NCBI RefSeq assembly: GCF_964204645.1
Contig: NC_134027.1
Coordinates: 14,292,485 to 14,356,484 of the forward strand
Length of the DNA: 64,000 bases
Reading direction: 5' to 3'
From: Tubulanus polymorphus
Taxonomy: Eukaryota; Animalia; Nemertea
The notes under the pieces are model-generated. The model searched no databases. It saw only the letters and a list, made by a program, of their open reading frames with translations, and had not been told where the DNA came from. The position numbers and the translations under genes are program-made. Of this stretch, positions 22,813 through 35,770 are shown piece by piece. The number at the start of each line of letters is the position of its first letter. Position 1 is the first letter of the stretch.

Positions 22813-25800
22813 ATGTATTCATGCCAATACTGCCCGTTGACCTTTGTCAATGAACTGGGTTTGGAACAACACCAACAACTTCACGTTGGTAAGAAGGGGT
22901 TCAAGTGCTTGAGCTGTTGCAAAGCATTTGCGTGTGCGCGCGATTTAACGCAGCACACGTTTATATGTATGACACCCCAACCGGTTCAACAACAGATGCC
23001 TGTAGCTTCGGTCAATCCGGTAAGTAGCTTACAATCGCTCATTTCATTAATTAATTATTTTAATGTATTCTTAAATACCCGGTTTATTTATTTATTTTTT
23101 TTTTTCAGCAAATATGGGACTGCATAATATGTGGTCTTAACTTTGCTGACCAGCAAACACTGACACGTCATCTGAGTTCCCACTTTGGAACTACCGATGG
23201 TTGGCAATGCGTCACATGTGGTAAGGTGTTTGCGCGCAAAGATAATTTGAAGCGGCACGCTAAAACATGTAAGGGACACGCTGTACAACACGTCGTATCG
23301 CGGTCTGTAGTACCGGATACATCGGAGGCTAAACCGGTAAGTTTTGAAATTATGAGTTACAAAAGAAAGAAAAACAAACAAACAAACAAAAAGACCCGTT
23401 ATTTATATTCTATATATTTGTCTATTGAAGGGGTCCGAGTGCATCAAATGTGGCAAGGTGTTTGGACGCGTAGACAACATGCGCCGACACGTCAAAACGT
23501 GTAAAGGATCCGTTGAACCACCGCGTGTAAACCCTCTACCGCGCGTAAACCCTCCGCGTGTGAACCCACCGCCACATCCTGATTGTCACCCCATTCACCC
23601 CGGGACGTCTAACTCTGTAAGTAATCGAACTCATGAATTGCTAAAAAACTCATTCATCTTTAATATAATCCAGGTATTTTTTCTATTTTCTAGCATTCTT
23701 GCGACATATGCGGTAAAACGCTATCTCGTAAAGATAGCTTGGTAAGGCATATGAGGACGTGTCAGCCTAACAAGTCATCGACCTTACCACGACTGCCACC
23801 ACCACCACCAGCCGTACGGGAGTTTACATGCTCGCGATGTTCGGATTCGTTCCATTCGATCGCCGAGTTAAAACGTCACGGCGAGGTATGCGCTCCACGG
23901 CCCTCAACATCGAAACGCCCTATTGACGATATTGATGATGAGGAAGAAGAAACGTGTTCGAAGCGCCCTCACTTTGAAAACCCCGACGAAATAATACGGG
24001 GCAATATTAAACTGGTCAGGGTAAGTAATCGAATACATCAAAATCGTTTAACATAATGACGAACAAAATGACAAAAAAGAATGTTTCCATTATTTTACAG
24101 AACGGCGTACAACACAGCAAAAAATTCAACATGAAAACTGAGTTGTACAAGGTTACCGTGATACCACATGACGACCCGAATAACGACCAACTCGATGCGC
24201 AGGATACACAAGCCACCGTCCGAAATTACCTAACCGACGTTTTAGCGGCAATTAGTGAAATGCTGGACGCTCGTTCGAGTGACATGATTCGTATATCTAT
24301 CGAGCACGCAGAACTCAATGGAAACATTGAATTTCCATTCGTACCGTTGGACGAACTAACGGTCGAATATATACTCGATAGGTTAATACGTGTTCTACAG
24401 TCGAATGAGGATTTGTCTTTGGATGGATTAATTTTCCATTGTACATTCATTCGAATGCCGCTAGGTGGTGTCCGTCGTAAACGCGTCGAGGTAAATTTTG
24501 AGTCGTTTAGACAAAACAAACGCTGTATTGTCTCGATCGATAATGACGATGATTTGTGTCTCGCTAGGTCGTTGGTGGTGGCAAAGGCGCGTGCGGATAA
24601 TGACCCCCGTTATGATACCATACGTAAATGCGACCGACCGACGCAGAAGGATGCGGCGATTGCCCTACACACGAATGCCGGTGTGCCCCAAGGCAAGTGT
24701 GGATTGCGCGAGTTGGACGTATTTTCGAAACAATTATCCGAATACTACATAATTGTTGTAACGGGGGATCATATCGCGTATCACATTTTATACGAGAACA
24801 ATCGCAATGTGTTAGACGCTCAGGGTGTAAATGCCAAAAAACTTATATTATTATATACAGATGGCCATTTCGATGTAATTACATCGATGGCTTCATTTAC
24901 CTGTCGCGTATACTATTGCTATAATTGTAAAAAGGGGTATACGAATACAGAACGACATCGCTGTACCGATAAATGTAGACTTTGCTTTGGGGATTGCGTA
25001 GAACAACGGGGAAATTATTTGTGTATAAAATGCAATATCTATTTTAAATCGGAAGCGTGTTTAGCTAGACACTGCAGACCAAGAGCAGACGGGGTAAGCG
25101 TATGCGATTCGAGAGCGCGATGTTTACAATGCGGGTCTATTGTATCTAGAAAGAAACTTGATCCTAAATCTCACGACTGCGGTCAAAAATACTGCAGTTC
25201 TTGTAAAGAGCAAAAGCCTAGCGGCCATCTTTGCTACATCGGGGTCGCCAAAAGTCAGGATCACGTGGTTTCTGAGGAACAGGGTAACCCTCATACACTA
25301 ATTAACGCGTATTTGGATGCCGATAAGGCTGGCGATGAGCTAAAATATAGAAAGTTCATCGCATTCGATTTCGAAACAACGACTGTGGAATCGAACCACG
25401 TTGTAGTATTGGGCATAGCGCATAGAATATGTCAAATGTGTAAATGGTCGAAACGGACCCCTGACTCGGTTTGCGATTATTGCGGTAAGCATGAACACGT
25501 GTTTAAAACGGACTCTGAATTCTGCGAGTGGTTGTTTACGGAAGAGAATAGGGGCGCCATTGTTTTCGCGCATAATTTTCAATCCTTTGACGGTTACTTT
25601 ATTCTTCAATATTTGGTGTCACAAGGTATATTACCAGATATTGTACCAAACGGCGGGAAAATAATGACTATGACCGTCACACATTTGGACATAAAGTTTT
25701 TGGACACGTTGAATTTTCTACCAATGAAACTCGCTAAATTACCCGAAACACTAGGTATTCCCGAGTTGAAAAAGGGCTATTTTCCGTATAAATTCTGCAC

Positions 25801-27898
25801 TCGCGAGAATATTGATTACGTCGGACCTATTCCCGATGTAGAATATTACAATCCCGACGGTCTAAGTTCGAGCGAAAGGTCTGATTTAATAAAGTGGCAT
25901 AGCGATCGGCAGTCGGAACATTTCATTTTTGATATGCAACGCGAGTTGGTCGAATACTGTCGTTCAGATGTGGATATTCTGATGCAATCGGTCGTAAATT
26001 TTCAACATCAATTCTTTGCTCTTTCGGCTGTTGATCCATTTCGTAATAGCATCACTATAGCATCGGCGTGCAATGTGGCGTTACGAACAAACTTTTTGAA
26101 ACCGACAACAATAGGGCTAATCCCTCCGGGCGGTTATAAACCTAATGCAAAATTTTCCAAGATGGCAATTAACTGGTTGAAATGGGTATCCACAACGAAT
26201 GACATACGAGTCCAACACGCGTTGAACGGCGGCGAAGTATCGATTGACCGCTTTAAAGTAGACGGTTATCACGCCGAATCCAATACCGTGTACGAATTTC
26301 ACGGTTGTTTATATCACGGATGCCCTAAGTGTTTCAAAAATCCGGATTTGATATCTCCGGTACGACCCGATCGTAAATTCGGTGAATTATATCAGGCCAC
26401 ATTAGAAAAAACATCTAAAATTAGAGCTTTGGGTTACAATTTGGTAGAATTTTGGGAACACGAATATCGTGACTTGGTTAAAGAAAACCACGCGTTTGCA
26501 GATTTTGTCAAGAAATCTGATATTCTCGATCCATTGCAACCACGTGACGCATTTTTTGGAGGTCGTACGAACGCGATAAAAATTTATCGCAAAGCCGAGG
26601 GTGAAGAAAAAATCAAATACATCGACATATGCTCGTTATACCCGTACGTCAACAGTCGTTGCAGTTATCCAATCGGTCATCCGACTATTGTGACTGAAAA
26701 TTTCCGCGATATTGAAAATTATTACGGGTTGATAAAGTGTAAGGTTTTACCGCCTCGGGGTTTATATCTACCAGTGCTCCCATATAGATCGGGTGGGAAA
26801 TTGACTTTCCCATTGTGTCGAACGTGCGCTAATGAAAGCAATCAGCGCGAAAAGTGTTATCACTCGGATGATGAACGTTCGATAACGGGTACCTGGGTAA
26901 CTTTAGAGGTACAAAAAGCAGTGAAACTTGGTTATAAGTTATTAGATATATATGAAATTTGGGATTGGGAAACTAACGAAACGGGTTTATTCGAGGATTA
27001 TATAGGAAAATTCCTCAAAGTTAAAACTGAAGCTAGTGGCTGGCCGGCTAAAGATATGTCTCGCGAACAGAAGGATAAATTCATTTCCGATTATTTAGAA
27101 AGAGAGGGTATCCAACTCGAAGAAGATAAGATTAAGAAAGCCAAGGGGATGCGAACAGTCGCGAAATTATGTTTAAATTCGATGTGGGGTAAACTCGGTC
27201 AAAACGAAAATAAGACGACGGCCAAATATATTTCGGACCCCGGGGAATTATACAGAATGCTTTTGGATGAAACTTTAGAGATAAGCGATCTGTTGTTGTG
27301 TAATGACGAGGTGCTAAGAGTGCATTACAAAAAACGCGAAGAATTTGTTGAATCGACAAACAAAACCAGCGTCGCTTTAGCAGCTTTCACAACGGCTCAT
27401 GCGCGGCTTATTCTTTATAGTTATATGGAGAAATTAGGGGAACGAACCCTATACACGGATACCGACTCTATCATTTATAGCGTGAAACCTGGTGAATGGG
27501 ATCCGCCAACCGGCAATTTTTTGGGTGATATGACCGATGAATTGGTTGATAAATACGGGGAGGGGTCGTTTATTTCAGAATTTGTTTCGGCTGGACCCAA
27601 AAATTATGCATATCGGGTATTCAGTCCTAGAGATAATGAATTCTCGACTGAATGTAAGGTTAAAGGGATCAATTTGAATTTTCGAAACAAGCAAATTGTA
27701 AACTTTGGTTCCATGGTGGATATAATTGTCGAAGAAAAGTACGACCATCTTTACATATTAAATCCCGACAAAATCAATAGAAAGATCAAGGACTGCTCTA
27801 TTTACAATAGAGACGAACGTAAAATATATCGCGCAGTTTATACTAAACGAGCTTTCGACCCCGCAGATCGGTATAACACGCTTCCGTACGGATATTAA
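22813..27898 (+). CDS. Spliced zinc-finger + protein-primed DNA polymerase B (~1581 aa). Exons 22813-23019, 23109-23336, 23431-23616, 23694-24020, 24101-27898
   Basis: Four GTAAGT...AG introns, all phase 0, join seven C2H2/C2HC fingers in frame to pPolB. pPolB motifs: OTU-like CLAR...GHFD, exonuclease AFDFET/HNFQSFDG, VSR-like VDGY..YEFHGC.YHGC, polymerase DICSLYP, KLCLNSMWGK, YTDTDS. Confidence 0.88.
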
Positions 27899-28235
27899 TG
27901 TAACAAATAGTGAAAAGACAAAAATATAGTTACCTATTTATTTATTTATTCTATTTATTGCGTATTTATTGTTAATAAATGTTTTTTAATTGTTGACATT
28001 AATTTGTTTTACATTTGTTTTTTTGTGGTTTACTTCGTTTCACCCGTCCTCGGGATTTCTTGGAAAAGCGCCATCTAGGATTTACTTTTCCCCCTCCTCA
28101 CACACACACACGCATAGGATCTCGTAATAGTGGCGCCATCTAGGGAATTCATCAGACTACTAAATCGTTTTGGAATTTACATAGTCAATGATTTGAATTT
28201 TGCCGCCAAAAAGAAAATTCGTAAAGGAAAAAAGA

Positions 28236-28403
28236 AAAAAATCTTAAGGAAAATATCTTAAGGAAAAAAAAAAATCTTAAGGAAAAAAAAAAAAAATCTT
28301 AAGAAAAATATCTCGAAGAAAAAAATCTTAAGAAAAAAATCTTGAGAAAAAAATCTTAAGAAAAAAATCATAAGAAAAAAATCTTAAGAAAAATATCTTA
28401 AGA
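28236..28403. repeat. ~15-bp minisatellite (AAAAAAATCTTAAG)n
   Basis: About ten tandem units with a variable A-run. Confidence 0.9.
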
Positions 28404-28406
28404 AAT

Positions 28407-28492
28407 CCCGCCATCTTGGATGACGTCACTTCCGGCCGCCATCTTGGATGACGTCACTTCCGGTATGACGTCACTTCCGGTGTGACGTCATC
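28407..28492. promoter_or_regulatory. Tandem CRE/ATF-ETS-YY1 motif cluster
   Basis: 4x TGACGTCA, 3x CACTTCCGG, 2x CGCCATCTT. Confidence 0.7.
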
Positions 28493-28759
28493 CTCCTCAC
28501 TCCTCCTCCCTCACTCCACTGTGGCCCCATAGTGACATCATGTAACTACTGGGCGAGTCGCGATTGCTACTATCATCCGGTGTTATCTTTCAGTAAGTAA
28601 TTTTAAGTTTAAAATAGGACGGAGAGTGCATAGGTATAATCTACGCGGAGCGAATGCGTGTTATATTGCTATCAGAATTCTACATTTCAATTAGAAGCAG
28701 TTAGATGTCGAATCTGATAGAAGATGAATTTTATGTGCGAAAAAAAAGTGGAAAATATG

Positions 28760-29005
28760 TAAATAATAATAATAACAATCAACAGAATTACAAAAGGGTT
28801 TTCGACGAAAGTCAGAAAACCCTAATTATAATAATAATAATAATAATAATCAACAGAATTACAATAGGGTTTCTGCGAAAGCAGCAGAAACCCTAATAAT
28901 AATAATAATCAGCAGGAATACAATTGGGTTTCTGCGAAGGCAGCAGACACCCTAATAATCACGCGGATATCAATAGGGTTTTCTGTGAAATAACAGAAAA
29001 CCCTA
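28760..29005 (-). mobile_element. Four stacked HINE-like 5' heads (hairpin + (ATT)n)
   Basis: Repeated AGGGTTT(T)C...GAAA(A)CCCTAA hairpins separated by AAT microsatellite. The outermost (28954-29005) is the reverse complement of 36938-36990. Confidence 0.6.
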
Positions 29006-29520
29006 ATTAACCCCTTCATTTAAATAGCACAATACGAACAAAGTGAATAAATAAATAAACGGTCGCAGTGCATCCATATCACTTCCAAGAAGAACATGCA
29101 CCTTGACATCAAGTCAAAGTTGAACAGGTAAATATATTTTAGTCTATGAACAACTAGATCAGGGATGAGATGCAAGATTCTGAAATTTTCACATTTTTAC
29201 ACAAAAATGTAATTTTTAGAAATTTTCACATTTTTCACATGCATCTTAGTAAAAAATGAAAAACAATTCTCGCACGCTCGTTTTTATTTCTCATTTTTTA
29301 TGAGTTTCACTCCTAATTGAAATAGAAATTATAGTTATTTTCATATTTTTTCATTTTTTACTCACTCGCCCTTTCAACCTTTAATCTGAAAGCCTATTAC
29401 CCCTATTACTCTTAAAATATTCATATACATGAATAAAATATATATGAATAACATATAAATGAATAAAATATAAATGAATAAAATGTGTCATATCAATTTT
29501 TTTAAAAATTTAGTATTAAA

Positions 29521-32500
29521 ATGGAAGCAAATAAGTACTACTGTCCAACATGTAATATAAATATAGATAAATCCCAAAAATCAAGACACAATAAAACTAA
29601 AACACATTTAGAGAATAAATTGAAATTAGAATATGAAGATGATATATTAGAAACTTAATTAGATGAATTAAAGAATGAAAAAGAAACATACAAACGTGAT
29701 ACATGTAATCAATCATTCAGTGATAAAAGATATTATAATGAACATTTAAAATCTAAAAGCCATATTAGAAATAAGAATAATGATATTTTAGGTGAAGATT
29801 ATTTTGATAATGACAATGATATAAAACATAAGACAATTAAAAGAATAAGAAATAAATTAAACAATAAAAGACCATACATGGAAGATGTAAGAAATTATAT
29901 TAATTCATTAGATAATAAAAAAGATATAGAGATAACCGAAGCATTTAAAAGTGATATTGGTCCAGCAGCTATCGAGTTTAAATTTCATAAAGGAAAAACA
30001 TTAGAAGAAAATAAAAAACATTTAGAAAATATGAAAAATATTATAAAAATAATTACCGATGTTGAATACCCTAAAATTAGTAAAATTGTATCTTCTAAAG
30101 TAAAGTTTATAAAATCTGAAGATAAACCAATATATAATATAAATTCTCATTCACAACATATTATATCTAAAAAACATATAGATGAAAAATTAGATAAATG
30201 TTATAATGAAGTAAAAACTAAAATAGAAGAGAAATATTTTGAAGGATCTGGTTTAATATTTGATGAAATAATATTTATGACTTAACATGTTTATAACACA
30301 AAATATAATAAGTTAACTAAATCGAAACCAATAGATGAAAATAATGTATCATATTATAAAGAACCAGATATTGAAGCATCGAGTTATATCAAATTACCAT
30401 TTAAAACTAATGCTGTTATAAATGTACAAAATTTTGATGATAAATGTTTTCTATGGTCTATAATTAGTTGCTTACATCCTGCAACTTATAATATTTGTAG
30501 ATTAACTCATTATAAACCATTTGAAAATAATTATAAGATAGATAAGTATCCTGTTAGAATTAAAAACATCCCATAAATAGAAAGAGATAATAATATAAAG
30601 ATAAATGTATTTGATTTACTCAAATTACCAAATACAAAAGGTAACAATATCAAACATTATACATTAGAACCTTTATACCTATCAAAAGATTATGATTCAA
30701 ACGATGTTATAGATATATTATATTTTGAGAATCATTATATGTGGATTAAACAAATATATTTATTCTTTAGAACAGAAAGTGATCACCATAATAAAATATA
30801 TCTATGTAGAAAATGTTTACATAAATTCAGTAATGAAAGTACATTATTAGATCATAAACAATTATGTGAAAATCATGATTATTGTAAATTAGTTTTACCA
30901 AATGAAAAAGATAAAATATTAGAATTCAAAAAATATTATTACAAAAACAAAGTACCATTTGTAATATATGGAGATTTTGAATCATTAAATAAAGAATTAA
31001 CTGATCAAGATAGAAAAGAAATATATTATAACAGAAAGAAATTAAATTCTAATGAAAATGATTTTTCAGATGAACCACCAAAAACAAATACTATTAAAAA
31101 GATTCATCAATCAGCTGCTGCTTTCGGGTTATATATTAAATCTGATTATCCAGAACTAATTGAAAGTGAATATTATCATTACAGAAATGAAAATGTTATC
31201 AATCATTTTTGTGACTTATTAAATGAATATGAAATAAGATTTAGTAAATTATTGAATACAAATAAAGAAATTATAATGACAGAAGATAAAGAAGAATTTG
31301 TGTTTGCAGGTAAATGTTATTATTGTGAAAAGATATTTAATTATAAAGATAAAAAAGTAAGAGATCATGACCATTTGAATGGTAAATTTAGAGGTGCAGC
31401 GCATGAGGCTTGCAATTTACAAGCCAAAAAAGTAAATTTTGTCCCCATTATATTTCACAATTTATCGGGGTATGACGCGCATTTATTCATTAAGCAACTG
31501 TGTCATAAAATAGAAGAAATTAATAATGAAATAGAAAGATTAAATTCAAATAGATCAAAAGATAAAATACCAACTTATAAATTTAAAATGTTAGCTAGAA
31601 CAACTGAGAATTATATATCATTTCAATTTGGTTGCCTAAGATTTATAGATTCATATAGATTTTTAAATAGTTCATTAGATTACTTATCAAAATCATTAGT
31701 TGATGATGAATTAAAAATATTGAAACAACACTATCCAAATAATGATGATTTTAAATTAATGAGATATAAAGGCGCAATTCCATATTCTTTCTATAAAAAT
31801 CATAATGATTTTAACATAACTGAATTATTAAAAGAACAATTCTATGATGAATTAAAAAATGAATATGTTAAAGATGAAGTATATAATAGAACATTGAATA
31901 TTTGGAATCATTTCAAAATAGAAAATCATGGGCAATTAGTAGATTCATATCTAAAATCAGATGTATTATTATTAACTGATATATTCGAAAGGTTTAGATA
32001 TGTAAACCTAAAATATTTCAATATTGATCCTTGTCATTGTTATTCTAGCCCAGGTTTAACAGGGGATTGTGGATTAAAATTTACAAATACAAAAATGGAT
32101 TTGTTAACAAATACAGATCAATTATTATTATTTGAAAAATCTATAAGAGGAGGAGTTTCAGGTGTATTAGGTGATAGATATTTCAATGTAAATGATAACC
32201 CTGGATATAAGTTATTATAGATAGATGCAAATAATTTGTATGGTTGGGCAATGATGGAACCAAAACCTTATGGAGTATTTGAAATAAGTGAAGTTTTACA
32301 ACATGAAAATAATGATAAATTTGATTGGAAGAAAAGAATTCTAGATATTGCAGATGATTCAGATACTGGTTACTTCTTTGTTGTAGATTTAGAATATCCT
32401 GAACATATTAAATTTAAATCAAGAAATCTAGCTTACTGCCCCGAACATAAAACTGTAACTCATGAAGAATTATAAAATTATCAAAAAAGAATTAAACCCG

Positions 32501-33554
32501 AAAATCATATTCATACAGAAAAGTTAATGGTAACTCAAGAAGATAAATATAATAATGTAGTTCATTATAGAATGTTGAAGTTTTATCTAAAACAAGGAAT
32601 GATCCTAAAAAAGTACATAGATATATTTCATTTAGTCAATCTAAATGGTTAGAAAAATATATAGATTTTAACACCAAACAGAGAACTGAAGCTAAAACTG
32701 ATTTCGAGAAAGATTTCTTCAAGTTAATGAATAATGCATTCTATGGTAAGACTTGTGAAAACATTAGAAATAGAAATGATTTTGAGTTAGTAAGTAATGG
32801 TAAAAGAATTAGACATTTACAAACATACCCTAAATTTATTGGTAACAGAATATATGATGAAAATTTAGCCGCAGTTAAAATGAGAACAAGTATGAAGTTC
32901 AATAAACCTATTTATAATGGTGCTTCAGTTTTTGAATTATCAAAATTACTAATGTATAAATTTTACTATAACGTATTACAACCTCATTTTGGGGAAAAAC
33001 ATATAGAAATATTATATTTTGATACAGATTCTTACATATTAAAGATAAAAACTAATGACATAACTGATGGTTTAAAAACATTAAAACATCATTTTGATTT
33101 CAGTAATTATCCTAAAGATCATGAATTGTTTAGCAATGATAATAAAAAAGTTCCTGGTAAATTCAAAGATGAATTAGGTGGTGAAGAAATGATTGAATTC
33201 ATCGGTATTAGATCTAAAATGTATTCATATAAAACTAAAACTCATGAATCAAAGAAATTGAAAGGAATTACTAAAAGTGTAGTAGAAAAGAATATTCATT
33301 TCAAAGATTACATCAATTGTAACATCAATGAAGAAGTTAGAAAACATAAGATGAGATGTTTAAGATCTGAAAATCATGAAATGTTTATTGAAGAGATAGA
33401 GAAGATAAGTTTGAATCCTTTCGATGATAAAAGATATATTTTAGATGATGGAATTGATACAGTTGCTTATGGTTGTAATTTAGATGAATACTTACAATTT
33501 AAAAGAGAAGAAACAAAAGAGAACGAGATAATGAAAAGAATTCTAACGTGTTAA
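29521..33554 (+). pseudogene. pPolB with N-terminal Zn fingers, OTU-like and endonuclease VII domains; several stops/frameshifts
   Basis: YYCPTC...RHNKTKTH; NVQN.DDKCFLW; YGDFES; KVRDHDHLNGKFRGAAHEACN (EndoVII); HNLSGYD; *IDANNLYGWAM; KLMNNAFYGK; YFDTDS. Confidence 0.9.
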
Positions 33555-33583
33555 TCAAATTTTAATAAAAATATGTATTATAA

Positions 33584-33946
33584 ATGGAGAGTAAACAAAC
33601 ACACAGTGAGAACAACAAATTATTTCTAGATAGAATAAAAGATACTTCAAATGTCAAATCAGTAGATTATAAATTTAAGAAGTTAAAAGAATTAATAATC
33701 AATAAGAAATATCTAATTACAAATATTGATACAGTTACTAACAAATATGGAGATAAATTAGTTATACACTTAGAATATGAAGGATTAAAAGGAAATACAT
33801 ATAAATTCAGAACATATTTACCAGACAGATTTCATAGATTATCAAGTGAAGATTTAGAAGAATTATGTTCTGGAGATTTCTATTTCGTATATAAGGGTAA
33901 GAATGAGAAAGGGCACCATGAAATAGATTTCGAATTAGAAATGTAA
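33584..33946 (+). CDS. Conserved small Polinton protein (possible OB-fold ssDNA-binding)
   Basis: Intact TAAATG ORF after pPolB; homologue at 56366..56716. The fold is inferred from the FKKL..L...Y.I...V.NKYG...YLP.RF pattern. Confidence 0.6.
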   Translation: MESKQTHSENNKLFLDRIKDTSNVKSVDYKFKKLKELIINKKYLITNIDTVTNKYGDKLVIHLEYEGLKGNTYKFRTYLPDRFHRLSSEDLEELCSGDFYFVYKGKNEKGHHEIDFELEM

Positions 33947-33951
33947 AATAA

Positions 33952-34707
33952 ATGGTAGAATTAAAAGAATACAGAATATTTGTTGATTCAAGAAAACTTA
34001 CAAATTATAAATCACATAATTTACTAGTACAATTAGATAGAGAATTTAAGAATTGTGTAGATTTAAAATTAGTAAATATAAGTTTATGTAATTCTTTTCA
34101 TAATATATCGGATAAAAGTCTTGATCATTTAGCTTTTAAAATTTATGTTAGAAATTTGAATAAATGGTTTCATCTTTATCTAAAACCAGGATTATATAAT
34201 TTAGAAACATTAGCGCAAGAAATTAATAAAAGAGCTCGTTTAGAAATGGGCTCAGCTGCTCGATTTGAAATTAAATTTATCAAAAGTGATAGTTCGAATA
34301 AAATAAGAATAAAGTTAACTAATGAACAACATAGATTTCTAGTAAGAAAACCTTTAGCTAAACTGTTTGGAATTCTTCCGGATAGACATTATTCAAGTAT
34401 TGAAACTTATACAAATATAATGACTTTTACACACTTTTATATTTATTGCAAATTAATTAATCCTACAAAAACATTTGAAGCAACTAAAGATATAACTTGT
34501 AATTCTAGTATATTAAATATTTTACCATTGAAGAATGTTAAACAATTTGGAACGCAAATAAATTATAATTCAGCTGAGTGTGATTTTAAACCTTGTATTC
34601 CTCAATTTAATAATTTTAAATTAGAAATAAGAAATCATAATGGATATTTAATTGATTTGAATAACTTTCCTGTAATTTATGAATTAATTATAAGATGTAA
34701 AGAGTAA
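33952..34707 (+). CDS. Minor capsid protein (penton)
   Basis: IFVDSR...NSFHNIS...PGLYN...FYIYCKLI...ILNILP...IRNHNG.LIDLNN. Confidence 0.75.
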   Translation: MVELKEYRIFVDSRKLTNYKSHNLLVQLDREFKNCVDLKLVNISLCNSFHNISDKSLDHLAFKIYVRNLNKWFHLYLKPGLYNLETLAQEINKRARLEMGSAARFEIKFIKSDSSNKIRIKLTNEQHRFLVRKPLAKLFGILPDRHYSSIETYTNIMTFTHFYIYCKLINPTKTFEATKDITCNSSILNILPLKNVKQFGTQINYNSAECDFKPCIPQFNNFKLEIRNHNGYLIDLNNFPVIYELIIRCKE

Positions 34708-34723
34708 TTTTTTCACTATATAA

Positions 34724-35080
34724 ATGAATATAACTGTTGGACCGAGTATATGTTTTGGGTTTGATTTTAAACGTGAGTAAGAAATGAAATTTAACATTAC
34801 TGATGTAATTATACATATTAGAAATATTGCATTTTCTAATGAAACAACATTTGAGTATGAAAAAACAATAGATAAAGAAACTTTAAATGTAGAAAAGATT
34901 ACTAATTTAATTAGAGAATCTTTAAGATTTTATGAATTAGATGAAGATTTTATCATCGATGATATTAAAAAAATAATAATTGAAATATATACAAATGAAA
35001 CTAGTAATGAAATAAATGTTGATTTAATCATAAATAAGTTAACTAAATATTTTGAAGAAAGTAATTTTTTTGATAAATAA
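34724..35080 (+). pseudogene. Hypothetical acidic protein with in-frame stop
   Basis: Intact homologue at 55282..55638. Confidence 0.65.
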
Positions 35081-35302
35081 ATGAGTGATAATAAGTGGAT
35101 AATAACTGGATTATATAATGGCGCATTACTATCAGTTGGAACTGTTGGTTATTCAATGGTATTAAAAAAAGTATTCAAAATGGGAAGTGTTAATGTTGAT
35201 AGATTTGATATAAATGATATTTTAAAATTAACATTAGCAGTTACTTTATCTAATTTAACTATTGATTATTTGGAAAAACAAAAATATATTCCTCCCATAT
35301 AA
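35081..35302 (+). CDS. Small hydrophobic protein, 73 aa
   Basis: Nearly identical to 55060..55281; TAAATG start. Confidence 0.7.
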   Translation: MSDNKWIITGLYNGALLSVGTVGYSMVLKKVFKMGSVNVDRFDINDILKLTLAVTLSNLTIDYLEKQKYIPPI

Positions 35303-35326
35303 ATGCGTAATTATTTTACTAAATAA

Positions 35327-35750
35327 ATGGCTTCTGCAGTTATAACTATTATAGGATCGGCAATTGTTAACGCTTTAGCATTTACTGGTGGCGGTTATTT
35401 ATTTAAGCATATTGATAAAAAATGGATCATTAACAGAACAAAAAAGGCATAACTTAGCATTAGAGAAATATAATAAAGCAGCAGAAGAATACAGAGAAAA
35501 GAGGCAAAACTATATGGATTACATCAATAAAGAATTATATGATCAGAAGATTTCACATAGAGATTTTCAATCAGTCGATGATGCAATGAGTTTATATAAC
35601 GCGGTAACAAATAAAGAAAAATTACATCTATACAAACCTAAATTATCAGATTATTATACCCCAAGTAAAGAACAACAGAAATATGAAATAATTTGCATTT
35701 TAGGTGGAACAGTTATTGTTATATTTGTTGCTTATAAGTTTACTAATTAG
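35327..35750 (+). pseudogene. Membrane/coiled-coil protein (NALAFTGG...KRHNLALE), frameshifted
   Basis: Intact homologue at 54613..55035. Confidence 0.7.
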
Positions 35751-35770
35751 TAATTTTTTTTGCTAAATAA

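Larger units (their letters stand above)
16816..28550. mobile_element. Polinton/Maverick element A (VSR-type pPolB), left end deleted
   Basis: Penton, rve integrase, A32/FtsK ATPase and pPolB present. Right end ...TGTAACTACT at 28550 matches the canonical Polinton AGTAGT/ACTACT terminus. MCP and protease absent beyond the satellite junction. Confidence 0.93.
28066..28550. repeat. Probable right terminal repeat region of Polinton A
   Basis: Non-coding, repeat-rich, ends in ACTACT. The left partner is not present, so the inner boundary is approximate. Confidence 0.6.

Noticed and set aside
24056-24100. ATG at 24056 as pPolB start
   Set aside because: Lies within predicted intron 4; the spliced model explains the upstream ZnF exons better.
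24226-27359. Short ORFs overlapping pPolB (and similar ones at 18578, 51433, 52291, 60314, 62334)
   Set aside because: Shadow frames of well-supported genes.
28156-28161. Internal ACTACT as the right end of A
   Set aside because: TIR-type repeats and motifs continue to the ACTACT at 28550.
28551-28556. GGGCGA as TSD linking Polinton A to the satellite
   Set aside because: It matches the satellite hexamer, but the following sequence is not satellite and the left end is missing, so it cannot be tested.
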